Assembly: GCA_963794945.1 (NCBI GenBank)
Contig: CAWCFT010000012.1
Coordinates: 56,286-80,285, forward strand
Reading direction: 5' to 3'
From: Endomicrobiales bacterium
GTDB lineage: Bacteria; Elusimicrobiota; Endomicrobiia; Endomicrobiales; CAWCFT01
DNA: 24,000 nucleotides
A model generated the notes under the pieces. The model had not been told where the DNA came from. It ran no database searches and worked only from the letters and a program-made list of their open reading frames with translations. The position numbers and the translations under genes were made by a program. This document shows, one piece after another, positions 9,243-17,373 of this stretch; position 1 is the first letter of the stretch, and each line of letters begins with the position of its first letter.

Positions 9243-9630
9243 GATCGTAGCAGGCGCGATACAGGACTTAAAGCGCGGGCTTATTATGGGTACTACAACT
9301 TTTGGCAAGGGGAGCGTGCAGTCGATATTTCCTTTCCCGGATGGCAACGCCTTAAGGCTTACTACGGCGAAATATTACACTCCTTCAGGCCGCAGTATAC
9401 ATCGGGACGAAAAGACCGGCAAGGGCGGCATATCGCCGGACATAATCATTGAAGTGCCCAGGGAAACAGAGGCCAAGCTTTATATGCAGTCCGAAGAAGT
9501 GTTCCCTCCCGGGAAAACACCGGAGTCCTCAGTAAAAAAACAGGACAGGGTGGAAGACGTCGTGCTCCAGCGCGCGGTAGAAATATTGAACGCTCGGGAT
9601 GTGTTGTCTAAACTCAACGGCGGCAAATAG
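9211..9630 (+). CDS. ctpA: S41 carboxy-terminal processing peptidase, C-terminal part
   Basis: [33 protein letters not shown]...[17 protein letters not shown] contains the catalytic Ser-motif remainder and the catalytic Lys (TFGKGS). Confidence 0.85.
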   Translation: MSTGGQLPGSEIVAGAIQDLKRGLIMGTTTFGKGSVQSIFPFPDGNALRLTTAKYYTPSGRSIHRDEKTGKGGISPDIIIEVPRETEAKLYMQSEEVFPPGKTPESSVKKQDRVEDVVLQRAVEILNARDVLSKLNGGK

Positions 9631-9685
9631 CCCTGGGCAAGTCTTCCCAAGTGAGAAAGATAAATATCTTAGCTCAAATGGAGCA

Positions 9686-10816
9686 ATGTTTACGGAATAC
9701 ATGAGCGGTCAAAAAGGCTTCATTAAAATATTTTACATTATCGCTCTTTTCTTTCTGGGAGTCCTTATATGGGGATTTTTCCAGAGTAAAACAGGGAATT
9801 TGTCAGGATCTTCTGTTGCGCTTGACAGCGAGTTGACGGACGCGCTGACTGGCGCTGGTTTTACCAATTCCGATATTGTCAGCCAGTCGCGAGAAGAACG
9901 CAGGTCAGGCACATCGGTGTGGGTAGAATACTACCGAGAGCTTAAGCTTAATAACAATGTAAAGCTTTCTGAACTTGAAAACAATGTCCGGCTTCTCGCC
10001 AAAAAGCACAACTATTCGTTCATTAAGTCACACCCTGCAAACGATAAAGTAAGCTATGAGCTGTTTAACGACAAGAAACTATTTTCAAAGATAATTCTGG
10101 ATACGCCTAAGCCTGAACCCGAGCCGCGCGCGCAAGCACATGGGTTGAGGATAGCCGTAGTTATCGATGATGTCGGCTACAAAGATAACCTGGGGCCTTT
10201 CCTTGATCTCGGGATACCGTTAACTTTCGCCATCCTGCCCTACGAACATTTTTCAAAACAAATAGCGGCTGAACTTTCAAAAAAGGGCATGCCATATATT
10301 CTGCATCTCCCGCTTGAGCCCGAGCAATACCCTAAAGTTGACCCAGGGAAAGCCGCGCTGCTTGTTAAAATGACCAGCCAGGAGATAGAAAAGAAATTTC
10401 TTTCCGACCTTTCGGCGGTGCCAGGCGTGGTTGGCGTCAACAACCACATGGGTTCGCGCTTCACATCTAATCCGGAAAAGATGAGGGTACTTTTAAAGCT
10501 TATAAAAGATAAGAACCTTTTCTTTTTTGACTCGGCTACCAGCACTGCAACAAAGGGCGGCATGGTTGCGCGGGAGATAGGTATACCGTTCGAAGAGAAC
10601 AGCATGTTCGTCGACCTCAAAGATGACCCGGTGTTCATGGATAAACAGTTCAAAGCGGCGCTTAGGAAAATAAAGAGATACGGGCAATGCGCTGTCATAG
10701 GGCATATACATAAGAAGTACATGCCGGCGGCTTTAAAGTCGGCGATGGCTCTTTATAAAGAGAACGGCGTTCAATTTGTTTATCTTACGGATATCATACC
10801 GGCAGCAAAAAAATAG
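9686..10816 (+). CDS. Divergent polysaccharide deacetylase family protein (YibQ-like)
   Basis: N-terminal TM FIKIFYIIALFFLGVLIWGFF. IAVVIDDVGY, PLTFAILPY, HLPLEP and NNHMGSRFT match the YibQ family pattern. The track start at 9599 lies inside the ctp gene. ATG 9686 and ATG 9701 are the first non-overlapping in-frame starts. Confidence 0.75.
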   Translation: MFTEYMSGQKGFIKIFYIIALFFLGVLIWGFFQSKTGNLSGSSVALDSELTDALTGAGFTNSDIVSQSREERRSGTSVWVEYYRELKLNNNVKLSELENNVRLLAKKHNYSFIKSHPANDKVSYELFNDKKLFSKIILDTPKPEPEPRAQAHGLRIAVVIDDVGYKDNLGPFLDLGIPLTFAILPYEHFSKQIAAELSKKGMPYILHLPLEPEQYPKVDPGKAALLVKMTSQEIEKKFLSDLSAVPGVVGVNNHMGSRFTSNPEKMRVLLKLIKDKNLFFFDSATSTATKGGMVAREIGIPFEENSMFVDLKDDPVFMDKQFKAALRKIKRYGQCAVIGHIHKKYMPAALKSAMALYKENGVQFVYLTDIIPAAKK

Positions 10817-10824
10817 TTGTTTAG

Positions 10825-11865
10825 ATGTCGGGAACGGGTAAATTTAAAACAATGCTGATATTCGCGATAGAGACATCTTGTGACGAAACCGCGGCTTCCG
10901 TAGTAAAAGACGGGGATTCGATCCTTTCCAGCGTTATATCTTCACAGATACCGATACACAAAAAATATTCCGGAGTAGTACCGGAACTAGCCGGCAGGGC
11001 CCATATAGAGAACATAAACTCCGTTATGGGCGGTGCCCTAAAAGAAGCCGGAGTGTCTCTTAAGGATTTTTCGAAAAAGGTATCGGCTATATGCTACACC
11101 CGGGGGCCGGGCCTCGCGGGCTCGCTTCTTGTGGGGCAGGTAGCCGCGCAGACTCTTTCGCTGGTCACGGGTGTACCAGCGGTCGACGTCAACCACATCG
11201 AGGGGCACATGTACGCTTGCCTGCTTGAACACCCCGGCCTAAAACTTCCTTATCTAGCCCTCACCGTTTCCGGGGGGCACACAGAACTTACAATAATACA
11301 GGATTTTGGCCGATATAAATATTTGGGCGGGACAAGGGACGACGCCGCTGGCGAAGCTTTCGACAAAGTCGCTAAGCTTCTTAAACTCCCTTATCCCGGC
11401 GGGCCGGCCATCGACAAGCTCGCGCGGACCGGAGATCCGGAAAAGATCAATTTTACAAGGCCTTATATGTGGGGAACATGGGACTTTTCGTTCTCCGGTA
11501 TAAAAACCGCCGTGGTCAACGAGGTAAGGAAAAATAGCTCGCTGAAGGTTAAGGATATATGCGCCGCTTTCCAGCGAGCTGTCGTTGAAACCATAGTGAA
11601 AAAAACACTGGCTGCCGCGAAACAGTACGGGCTTTCAAGAATAGTTTTAGGCGGCGGTGTAGCGGCGAATTCTGAGCTGCGCAGTGAACTCTCGCGGGCC
11701 GCAAAAAATGATAGCAGGGAAGCATACCTCCCGTCGCCATGGCTCTGTACCGATAATGCCGCTATGATAGCCTGCGCAGGGTACCATAAATTTAAGAAAT
11801 TGAAGGGCGCGATAGCGCCATTTAGGGATATCGATCCCGGGCTTACGCTTAGAAACTGGAACTAA
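10825..11865 (+). CDS. tsaD: tRNA N6-adenosine threonylcarbamoyltransferase TsaD
   Basis: IFAIETSCDETAASVV, VNHIEGH, SGGHTEL and GGTRDDAAGEAFDKVAKLL..PYPGGP. The true start may be ATG 10852 (MLIFAIETSCDET). Confidence 0.92.
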   Translation: MSGTGKFKTMLIFAIETSCDETAASVVKDGDSILSSVISSQIPIHKKYSGVVPELAGRAHIENINSVMGGALKEAGVSLKDFSKKVSAICYTRGPGLAGSLLVGQVAAQTLSLVTGVPAVDVNHIEGHMYACLLEHPGLKLPYLALTVSGGHTELTIIQDFGRYKYLGGTRDDAAGEAFDKVAKLLKLPYPGGPAIDKLARTGDPEKINFTRPYMWGTWDFSFSGIKTAVVNEVRKNSSLKVKDICAAFQRAVVETIVKKTLAAAKQYGLSRIVLGGGVAANSELRSELSRAAKNDSREAYLPSPWLCTDNAAMIACAGYHKFKKLKGAIAPFRDIDPGLTLRNWN

Positions 11866-11866
11866 A

Positions 11867-12856
11867 ATGCAAATAGGCAACGTAAAACTTTCTAATAACC
11901 TGATAATGGCCCCTATGGCAGGTGTGACGGACATACCGTTCCGCACGCTTGCAAAAGAAGGCGGGGCGGGGCTTGTCTGCACCGAGATGATCTCGGCCAC
12001 GGCGCTTGTTTACGGCGACAAAAAGACAAGAAAGCTTATGGGGATTGCCGCTGCCGAACGGCCGATTAGCGTTCAGATATTTGGTTCAAAACCATCCCAG
12101 ATGGGGGAAGCCGCTAAAATAAGTGAAGACGAGGGAGCTGACATAGTGGACATAAATTTCGGCTGTCCTGTTAGAAAGATAGTTAAAACAGGCGCCGGGT
12201 CGAAAGCCGTCGAAAACGAAAAGATCGCGGCGGATATCATGGAAGCCGTAGCGAAGAAGATAAAGGTTCCTGCAACAATAAAAATAAGGATAGGAAGCAC
12301 ACCGGAGCAAAACATAGCACCCGCAATGGTGCAGCTTGCCGAAAAGTGCGGCATAAAAATGGTCACCGTGCATGCGAGGCCTGTTTCATGGGGGCACACA
12401 GGAAAACCTAACCTGTTGGCCGTAAAAGAAGCTGTTTCGGTGGCCAGGATACCGGTAGTGGGCAACGGCGGCATAACGGACGAGCTTTCAGCAAAAGAAT
12501 TTATAGAGCAGACAGGATGCAGCGGCCTAATGATCGGGCGCGCGGCTATAGGCGACCCTATGATTTTTAACAGGATCGAGCAATATTTGAAACACGGCGA
12601 GAAACGCCGCGGGGCAACAATGGAGGACAGGCTCGCGTTCCTCAAGAGGCACGCGGTTCTGTCCTGTGCACAATACGGAGAAAAAACGGGCATAATAATT
12701 CTAAGGAAGGTCGCCTCATATTATCTTAAGGGATTGCCAAATGCTTCGAAGATAAGGGACAGGTTCAACAAGCTGACGAAACTTTCAGAGTTAGACGCGC
12801 TTCTGTTGGGTGTTTGGGAATCGCCATATTTCGCCGAGGCCGTTGATTTTGAATAA
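11867..12856 (+). CDS. dusB: tRNA-dihydrouridine synthase (DusB/NifR3 type)
   Basis: LIMAPMAGVTDIPFR, VQIFGS, DINFGCP, TVHART-like VTVHARP and GNGGI. Confidence 0.88.
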   Translation: MQIGNVKLSNNLIMAPMAGVTDIPFRTLAKEGGAGLVCTEMISATALVYGDKKTRKLMGIAAAERPISVQIFGSKPSQMGEAAKISEDEGADIVDINFGCPVRKIVKTGAGSKAVENEKIAADIMEAVAKKIKVPATIKIRIGSTPEQNIAPAMVQLAEKCGIKMVTVHARPVSWGHTGKPNLLAVKEAVSVARIPVVGNGGITDELSAKEFIEQTGCSGLMIGRAAIGDPMIFNRIEQYLKHGEKRRGATMEDRLAFLKRHAVLSCAQYGEKTGIIILRKVASYYLKGLPNASKIRDRFNKLTKLSELDALLLGVWESPYFAEAVDFE

Positions 12857-12877
12857 TGACAATTGATCGGAGACATT

Positions 12878-13546
12878 ATGAAAGGACATTGCGCTGAGCC
12901 AGGAAGATATTCCAGACAGGGGTTTCCCGAAGCTATATACGGAACGGGAAAAACGCCGGAACAGATAGTATCCATTGCAAAAGAGCTTGCGCGCGGGACA
13001 GGACCGGTAATAGTCACACGTATTGATGAAAATGTATTCAAAAAGATAAAAAGATGTTTCCCTGGCGCTAAATACAGCAAGGTGGCAAGGCTGGCTGTAA
13101 TAAAACAGCTTAAACTCTTAAAGCTGAGCTTAGTCGAGGAACGTTATATTTTTGTGATAACGGCTGGGACTACCGATATCCCGGCGTCCGAAGAAGCGGC
13201 TTTAACGGCAGAAGCTCTTGGCAACAGGGTTGAAAGGATTTACGATGTAGGCGTGGCAGGCGTCCACAGGCTGCTTGCACATGAGGGCAGGCTGAAAAAA
13301 GCTTCTTGCGTGATAGTCTGCGCAGGCATGGAAGGGGCTCTCGCAAGCGTTGTCGGGGGGCTCGCGGGCTGCCCGGTAATTGGTGTGCCGACTTCGGTCG
13401 GCTACGGGGTATCTTTCGGAGGAGTATCGGCGCTAATGTCTATGCTGAACTCCTGCGCGGCGAACGTGTGCACGGTCAATATCGATGACGGTTTCGGGGC
13501 CGGAGTCATCGCGAGCCTTATCAATAAGGGCGGAGAAAAAAAGTGA
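12878..13546 (+). CDS. larB: Nickel-pincer cofactor biosynthesis protein LarB (PurE-like NaAD carboxylase/hydrolase)
   Basis: GFPEAIYGTGKT, VITAGTTDIPASEEA, VGVAGVHRLL, VCAGMEGALASVVGGL..PVIGVPTSVGYG and NIDDGFGAG. GGAGA at 12869-12873 precedes ATG 12878; the track uses TTG 12863. Confidence 0.82.
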   Translation: MKGHCAEPGRYSRQGFPEAIYGTGKTPEQIVSIAKELARGTGPVIVTRIDENVFKKIKRCFPGAKYSKVARLAVIKQLKLLKLSLVEERYIFVITAGTTDIPASEEAALTAEALGNRVERIYDVGVAGVHRLLAHEGRLKKASCVIVCAGMEGALASVVGGLAGCPVIGVPTSVGYGVSFGGVSALMSMLNSCAANVCTVNIDDGFGAGVIASLINKGGEKK

Positions 13547-14271
13547 AAATAGCATATTTTAATTGTTCGGCGGGCGTCGCAGGAGACATGATAATAGCGT
13601 CCTGTATCAGCTCGGGACTTTCCGCAGAACTTCTCGAGAAAAACCTAAAAGACAAACTCCATCTCGGGGGCTGGGACCTCGAGGTTACGCAGGTAACAAA
13701 AAAGCATTTCCCAGCTGTGCATGTTGATGTGGCCGGCAGAATAAAGTTCGGTTCGCCTGAGAAGATGAAAAGCATAATCATTAAAAGCGGCTTAAGCGAA
13801 GCGGTCAAGGCTAGAAGCCTCAAGATAATGGATACGCTTATAAACGCCGAGGCCAAGGTGCATAAGCTTCCTCCCGAAAAGGTACATTTTCACGAAATTA
13901 ATTCGATAGACACGTTAGTCGATATTACAGGGGCTTCACTGGCATTCGATATGTTAGGCATAGGCGAGATATACGCTTCGCCGCTCAACCTCGGCAAACC
14001 CGCTCCCGCGACGGTGGAAATATTGAAATCGAAAGGCGTACCCGTATACTCATCAAACCCGCGCGTAGAAATGACAACTCCGACAGGCGCGGCCATAATG
14101 TCAACCGTAGCCAAAGCTTTCGGCCCAATGCCGGAAATGAAAGTAGAGAGTTCAGGCTCCGGCGCCGGCACGTTCGAATTTGAAGATACGGCCAATATCC
14201 TCGGCATGCTCGCGGGGCCTCAGATAACAAAAGCGCCCCCCGGGACGCTGCAACGCCAACTGACGAGGTAA
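13543..14271 (+). CDS. larC: Nickel insertion protein LarC, N-terminal (LarC1-like) part
   Basis: GTG start overlaps the larB stop (GTGA). MKIAYFNCSAGVAGDMIIASCISSGL, VHFHEINSIDTLVDITGA, TTPTGAAI. The tail after ...GMLAGPQITKAPP is out of frame. Confidence 0.8.
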   Translation: MKIAYFNCSAGVAGDMIIASCISSGLSAELLEKNLKDKLHLGGWDLEVTQVTKKHFPAVHVDVAGRIKFGSPEKMKSIIIKSGLSEAVKARSLKIMDTLINAEAKVHKLPPEKVHFHEINSIDTLVDITGASLAFDMLGIGEIYASPLNLGKPAPATVEILKSKGVPVYSSNPRVEMTTPTGAAIMSTVAKAFGPMPEMKVESSGSGAGTFEFEDTANILGMLAGPQITKAPPGTLQRQLTR

Positions 14272-14297
14272 TAGTAGTTGAAACAAATATAGACGAT

Positions 14298-14645
14298 ATG
14301 GACCCTAGGATATACCCATTCGTGATGGAAAAACTTTTTTCCTGCGGCGCGAAAGATGTATGGTTCAATCAGGTGATTATGAAAAAAGGGCGCCCGGGAA
14401 TAATCCTGTCTGTCATATGTTCAAAAGAAGTCCAAAAGAGCGTCACGGATATACTATTCAGAGAAACAACAACATTGGGAATAAGAAGCCACGTATGCAG
14501 CAGGCATGTGTTAAAACGAGACGTCGGAGGCGATAAAAAGACTGCCTATGTGCCCGGAGCGAAGCCTCGCGTAAAGTCGGAATTCGAGAAAGCAAAGCTT
14601 CAGGCCATAAACCAGAAAAAACCTCTTAAAAACATATTAATATAA
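14298..14645 (+). CDS. larC: LarC, C-terminal (LarC2-like) part
   Basis: Frame 3 is open from 14184 and reads ...DEVIVVETNIDDMDPRIYPFVMEKLFSCGAKDVWFNQVIMKKGRPGIILSVIC...FRETTTLGIRS, the conserved LarC C-domain. Confidence 0.8.
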   Translation: MDPRIYPFVMEKLFSCGAKDVWFNQVIMKKGRPGIILSVICSKEVQKSVTDILFRETTTLGIRSHVCSRHVLKRDVGGDKKTAYVPGAKPRVKSEFEKAKLQAINQKKPLKNILI

Positions 14646-14722
14646 AAAAGAATGGCAAAATAAACAGTAAATGACTAAAATATCATATGCCGCATTAATT
14701 TTGCGCACGGAGGGAATTGCAA

Positions 14723-15493
14723 ATGCTTGATTTACTAACGTTATTCGGATTCAGCCTGGGCCTTGGCGCGGTGTATCTTGTGATGTACTGGGGCGGAACA
14801 AGCCACCTGCTTTGGAACAGGGACGCGGCCGTACTCGTGTTTGGCGGTACCTTCGCATCGATGCTTATATCATCCCAGCTTGAGACCGTCCTCAGGCTTC
14901 CGAGAGCGCTTGTAATAGTTTTATTCAAAAAAAAGACATACGAACCGCAGGAGATAATCGGCATGATGGTGAACTTCGCCGAAAAGGCTCTCAGGACCGG
15001 TGTGGATTCTCTTGGGGAAGATGTTGAAGGCATAAAAGACAGGTTTCTCGCGGACGGCATCGGCATGGTAATAGATGGTTTAAGTCCGGAAATTGTAAGG
15101 GAGAACCTGCTTAAAGAGATCACATTCATACGTAAGAGGCATTACCACGTAAGCAATGTCATACGCTCGATGGGCACCTACTCACCTATATTTGGACTGC
15201 TCGCCACATTGCTCGGAGTCGTACAGGTGTTAAAGAGCATAAGCGACCCTAAGAGCCTCGGAACTTCAATGGCTATAGCGGTAACTGGTACGTTCTACGG
15301 TATCGCGTCCGCTAACTTCCTTTACCTGCCGATAGCCAACAAACTTGACGCCCACACCGATTCAGAACTTCTAGTAAAAGAAGTCATGATCGAAGGTATT
15401 CTCTCAATCCAGGCCGGGGAAATGCCGATAATCGTAGGCAAAAAACTCAGGGCCTTCCTTGCGCCCCGCTTCAGGAACCAGAAGGAAGCATAA
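14723..15493 (+). CDS. motA: MotA/PomA-type stator proton(ion)-channel protein
   Basis: GGAGGG at 14709-14714. Four TMs in a 2+2 arrangement with a ~100 aa cytoplasmic loop. TM3 is YSPIFGLLATLLGVVQVL. TM4 is AIAVTGTFYGIASANFLYLPIANKL, with the conserved Pro and Tyr-Gly. Confidence 0.8.
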   Translation: MLDLLTLFGFSLGLGAVYLVMYWGGTSHLLWNRDAAVLVFGGTFASMLISSQLETVLRLPRALVIVLFKKKTYEPQEIIGMMVNFAEKALRTGVDSLGEDVEGIKDRFLADGIGMVIDGLSPEIVRENLLKEITFIRKRHYHVSNVIRSMGTYSPIFGLLATLLGVVQVLKSISDPKSLGTSMAIAVTGTFYGIASANFLYLPIANKLDAHTDSELLVKEVMIEGILSIQAGEMPIIVGKKLRAFLAPRFRNQKEA

Positions 15494-16158
15494 TGGCGAT
15501 TTACAGCCGCAGATCTGCGGACGAAAGCAACGAGCCAAGCAAAACCACGAATTTGTGGCTGATCATTTATACGGACATGATCAGCAACTTGATGATATTT
15601 TTCCTCATGCTTTACTGCCTGACATGGCTTAAACCCGAAGACAAAACGCTAGCCGCTGCGTCATTCAAAGAGGCTTTCGCAGGAGAGAAGAAAGCTGTTG
15701 GAGAAGCCGAAAAGGATATCGAAAAAGGCCTCGACAAGGATAAAAGCGTTGAAGGCAAGCTGAGAGAAGAATTCTCGAACGTTGAGGTCAACGAAAAAAG
15801 AATAACTATAGTCCTGCCGAGCCCTGTCTTGTTCGATTCCGGCAGCGCTGTCCTGAAAGACGAAACGAAAAAGACGATCCACGATTTCGCCGAGATCATA
15901 AGAAGCCTTAAGAACAAGGTAGTGGCGGAAGGCTATACTGATGATAAACCTATAAACACCGGTCAGTACGCTTCGAACTGGGAATTGTCCTCCGCGAGAG
16001 CTTTCAGCGTTATAAAATACCTTACAGAAGAAGAACACATTGACCCAGGCCGCCTTTCGGCTTTCGGGTACGGTGAGTTCAGACCAAAAGTGCCGAACGA
16101 CACTGAAGAGAACCGTGCAAAGAACAGAAGAATAGAGATAAATATCATAAAGGGCTGA
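15493..16158 (+). CDS. motB: MotB-type stator protein with OmpA-like peptidoglycan-binding domain
   Basis: TAATG overlap with motA. LWLIIYTDMISNLMIFFLML carries the conserved TM Asp. OmpA-like EGYTDDKPI...SNWELSSARA...GYGEFRP...NRRIEINI. Confidence 0.8.
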   Translation: MAIYSRRSADESNEPSKTTNLWLIIYTDMISNLMIFFLMLYCLTWLKPEDKTLAAASFKEAFAGEKKAVGEAEKDIEKGLDKDKSVEGKLREEFSNVEVNEKRITIVLPSPVLFDSGSAVLKDETKKTIHDFAEIIRSLKNKVVAEGYTDDKPINTGQYASNWELSSARAFSVIKYLTEEEHIDPGRLSAFGYGEFRPKVPNDTEENRAKNRRIEINIIKG

Positions 16159-16162
16159 AATA

Positions 16163-16874
16163 ATGGGTATTTATAATTCCAGCAACGGCAGGGCTATAGA
16201 TCACAGGGTAAAAAGGATAGACACGTCCGAACTGTGGATCGTACCGTACGCAGAACTTCATGACAGTGCTTATGATATTGTTCCTTATATTATTCGTGTT
16301 CGCGTATACTTCTAAACAGGACAAGCGGTACAACCAGATAATGGTGGCTATACAATCGGAAATGGGGGGAACGATCAAAAAAGACGTCCTCGATCAGATG
16401 AAAGACACGGAACGGACGGAGCAAACCGTATTGAAATTCGACGAAATGCTTGAGAATCAGAACCTGACGAAATACGTTTCGGTGAGCTATGATACTGAGC
16501 AGATAAAGATCGTTATGAAAAACCCCGTCCTGTTCGATATCGGTCAAGTGGGGCTCAGGAAGGAATCCGAAGCGATATTGCATGAAATGGCAAGCATTCT
16601 TAAGCTTACGGATAACGAAGTTGTTGTGGAAGGGCATACCGACAATATTCCCGTGGTTGGCTCGGGCAAGTACAAGTCTAACTGGGAGATTTCCCAGAGC
16701 AGGGCCATCGAAGTCATAAGGTATTTTACCAATGTAGAAGGGCTTAACCCCAAAAGGTTCGGCGCCGCGGGTTACGGTGAATTTAAACCGGTTTTCCCGA
16801 ACGATACGCCTGATCACAGAAGCCAGAACAGAAGGATTGAGATAGACGTATTAAGGGGAAAAGCAACAGAGTAA
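16163..16874 (+). CDS. Second MotB/OmpA-like stator protein (frame break at 16251-16256; the track shows only 16260..16874)
   Basis: ATG 16163 in frame 2 gives MGIYNSSNGRAIDHRVKRIDTSELWIVPYA. Deleting one A in gcaGAACttc gives WIVPYADFMTVLMILFLILFVF, the MotB consensus. The C-terminus is EGHTDNIPV...SNWEISQSRA...GYGEFKP...NRRIEIDV. Confidence 0.75.
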
Positions 16875-16941
16875 TATACTACGTTACTTGCAGACTACGA
16901 TTACCGCGCATCCAGCCCGCATTAAATAATTCCAAAAAGAC

Positions 16942-16969
16942 TTGAAATATCAGAATAATCTGTTATATT
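16942..16969 (+). promoter_or_regulatory. Sigma70-like promoter (TTGAAA-N16-TATATT)
   Basis: TTGAAA at 16942-16947 and TATATT at 16964-16969, 30 nt upstream of GGAG (16989-16992) and ATG 16999. Confidence 0.35.
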
Positions 16970-16998
16970 TATCATACAAGCCCCAATTGGAGCGAAAA

Positions 16999-17373
16999 AT
17001 GCCTGAAAATGAAATAGAAAAAGAACTCTATCCAATCCCGTTACTGACGGAGCAGGAAAACGACCAAAAGATCATCGATTCGCCGGAGATGATCGTAAGG
17101 GACCTGCTTAAAACAGAGAAAGACATCGCTCTTGAGACCCTGCGGCTTATGCGTTCGAGGTATGAGAAAGAACGACTTGAGTGGGAAAAACTCTATGGCG
17201 GGAAAGAGAATGAAATAAATAACCTTAAGAAGAAGCTTGACGAAAGCGAATCCCGCCTTGGACGCGTAAGAGCGCAGCTCGATGATGAAAAACAAAACCT
17301 TGTAGAGGGACTGCGCCAGAAAGGAACAGAATCGAGACCCACCGATTGGCTGACAAGAAAAAATGGGAACTGA
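16999..17373 (+). CDS. Coiled-coil protein, N-terminal part
   Basis: GGAG with a 6 nt spacer before ATG 16999 (MPENEIEKELYP...). The sequence is a charged heptad-like region. The track's TTG 16942 coincides with the -35 box. The ORF overlaps the next one by 28 nt in a different frame. Confidence 0.55.
   Translation: MPENEIEKELYPIPLLTEQENDQKIIDSPEMIVRDLLKTEKDIALETLRLMRSRYEKERLEWEKLYGGKENEINNLKKKLDESESRLGRVRAQLDDEKQNLVEGLRQKGTESRPTDWLTRKNGN

Noticed and set aside
11306-13488. Plus-strand ORFs 11306..11503 (inside tsaD) and 13306..13488 (inside larB)
   Set aside because: They are out-of-frame overlaps of strongly supported genes, with Arg/Gly-rich translations typical of wrong-frame reading of GC-rich codons.
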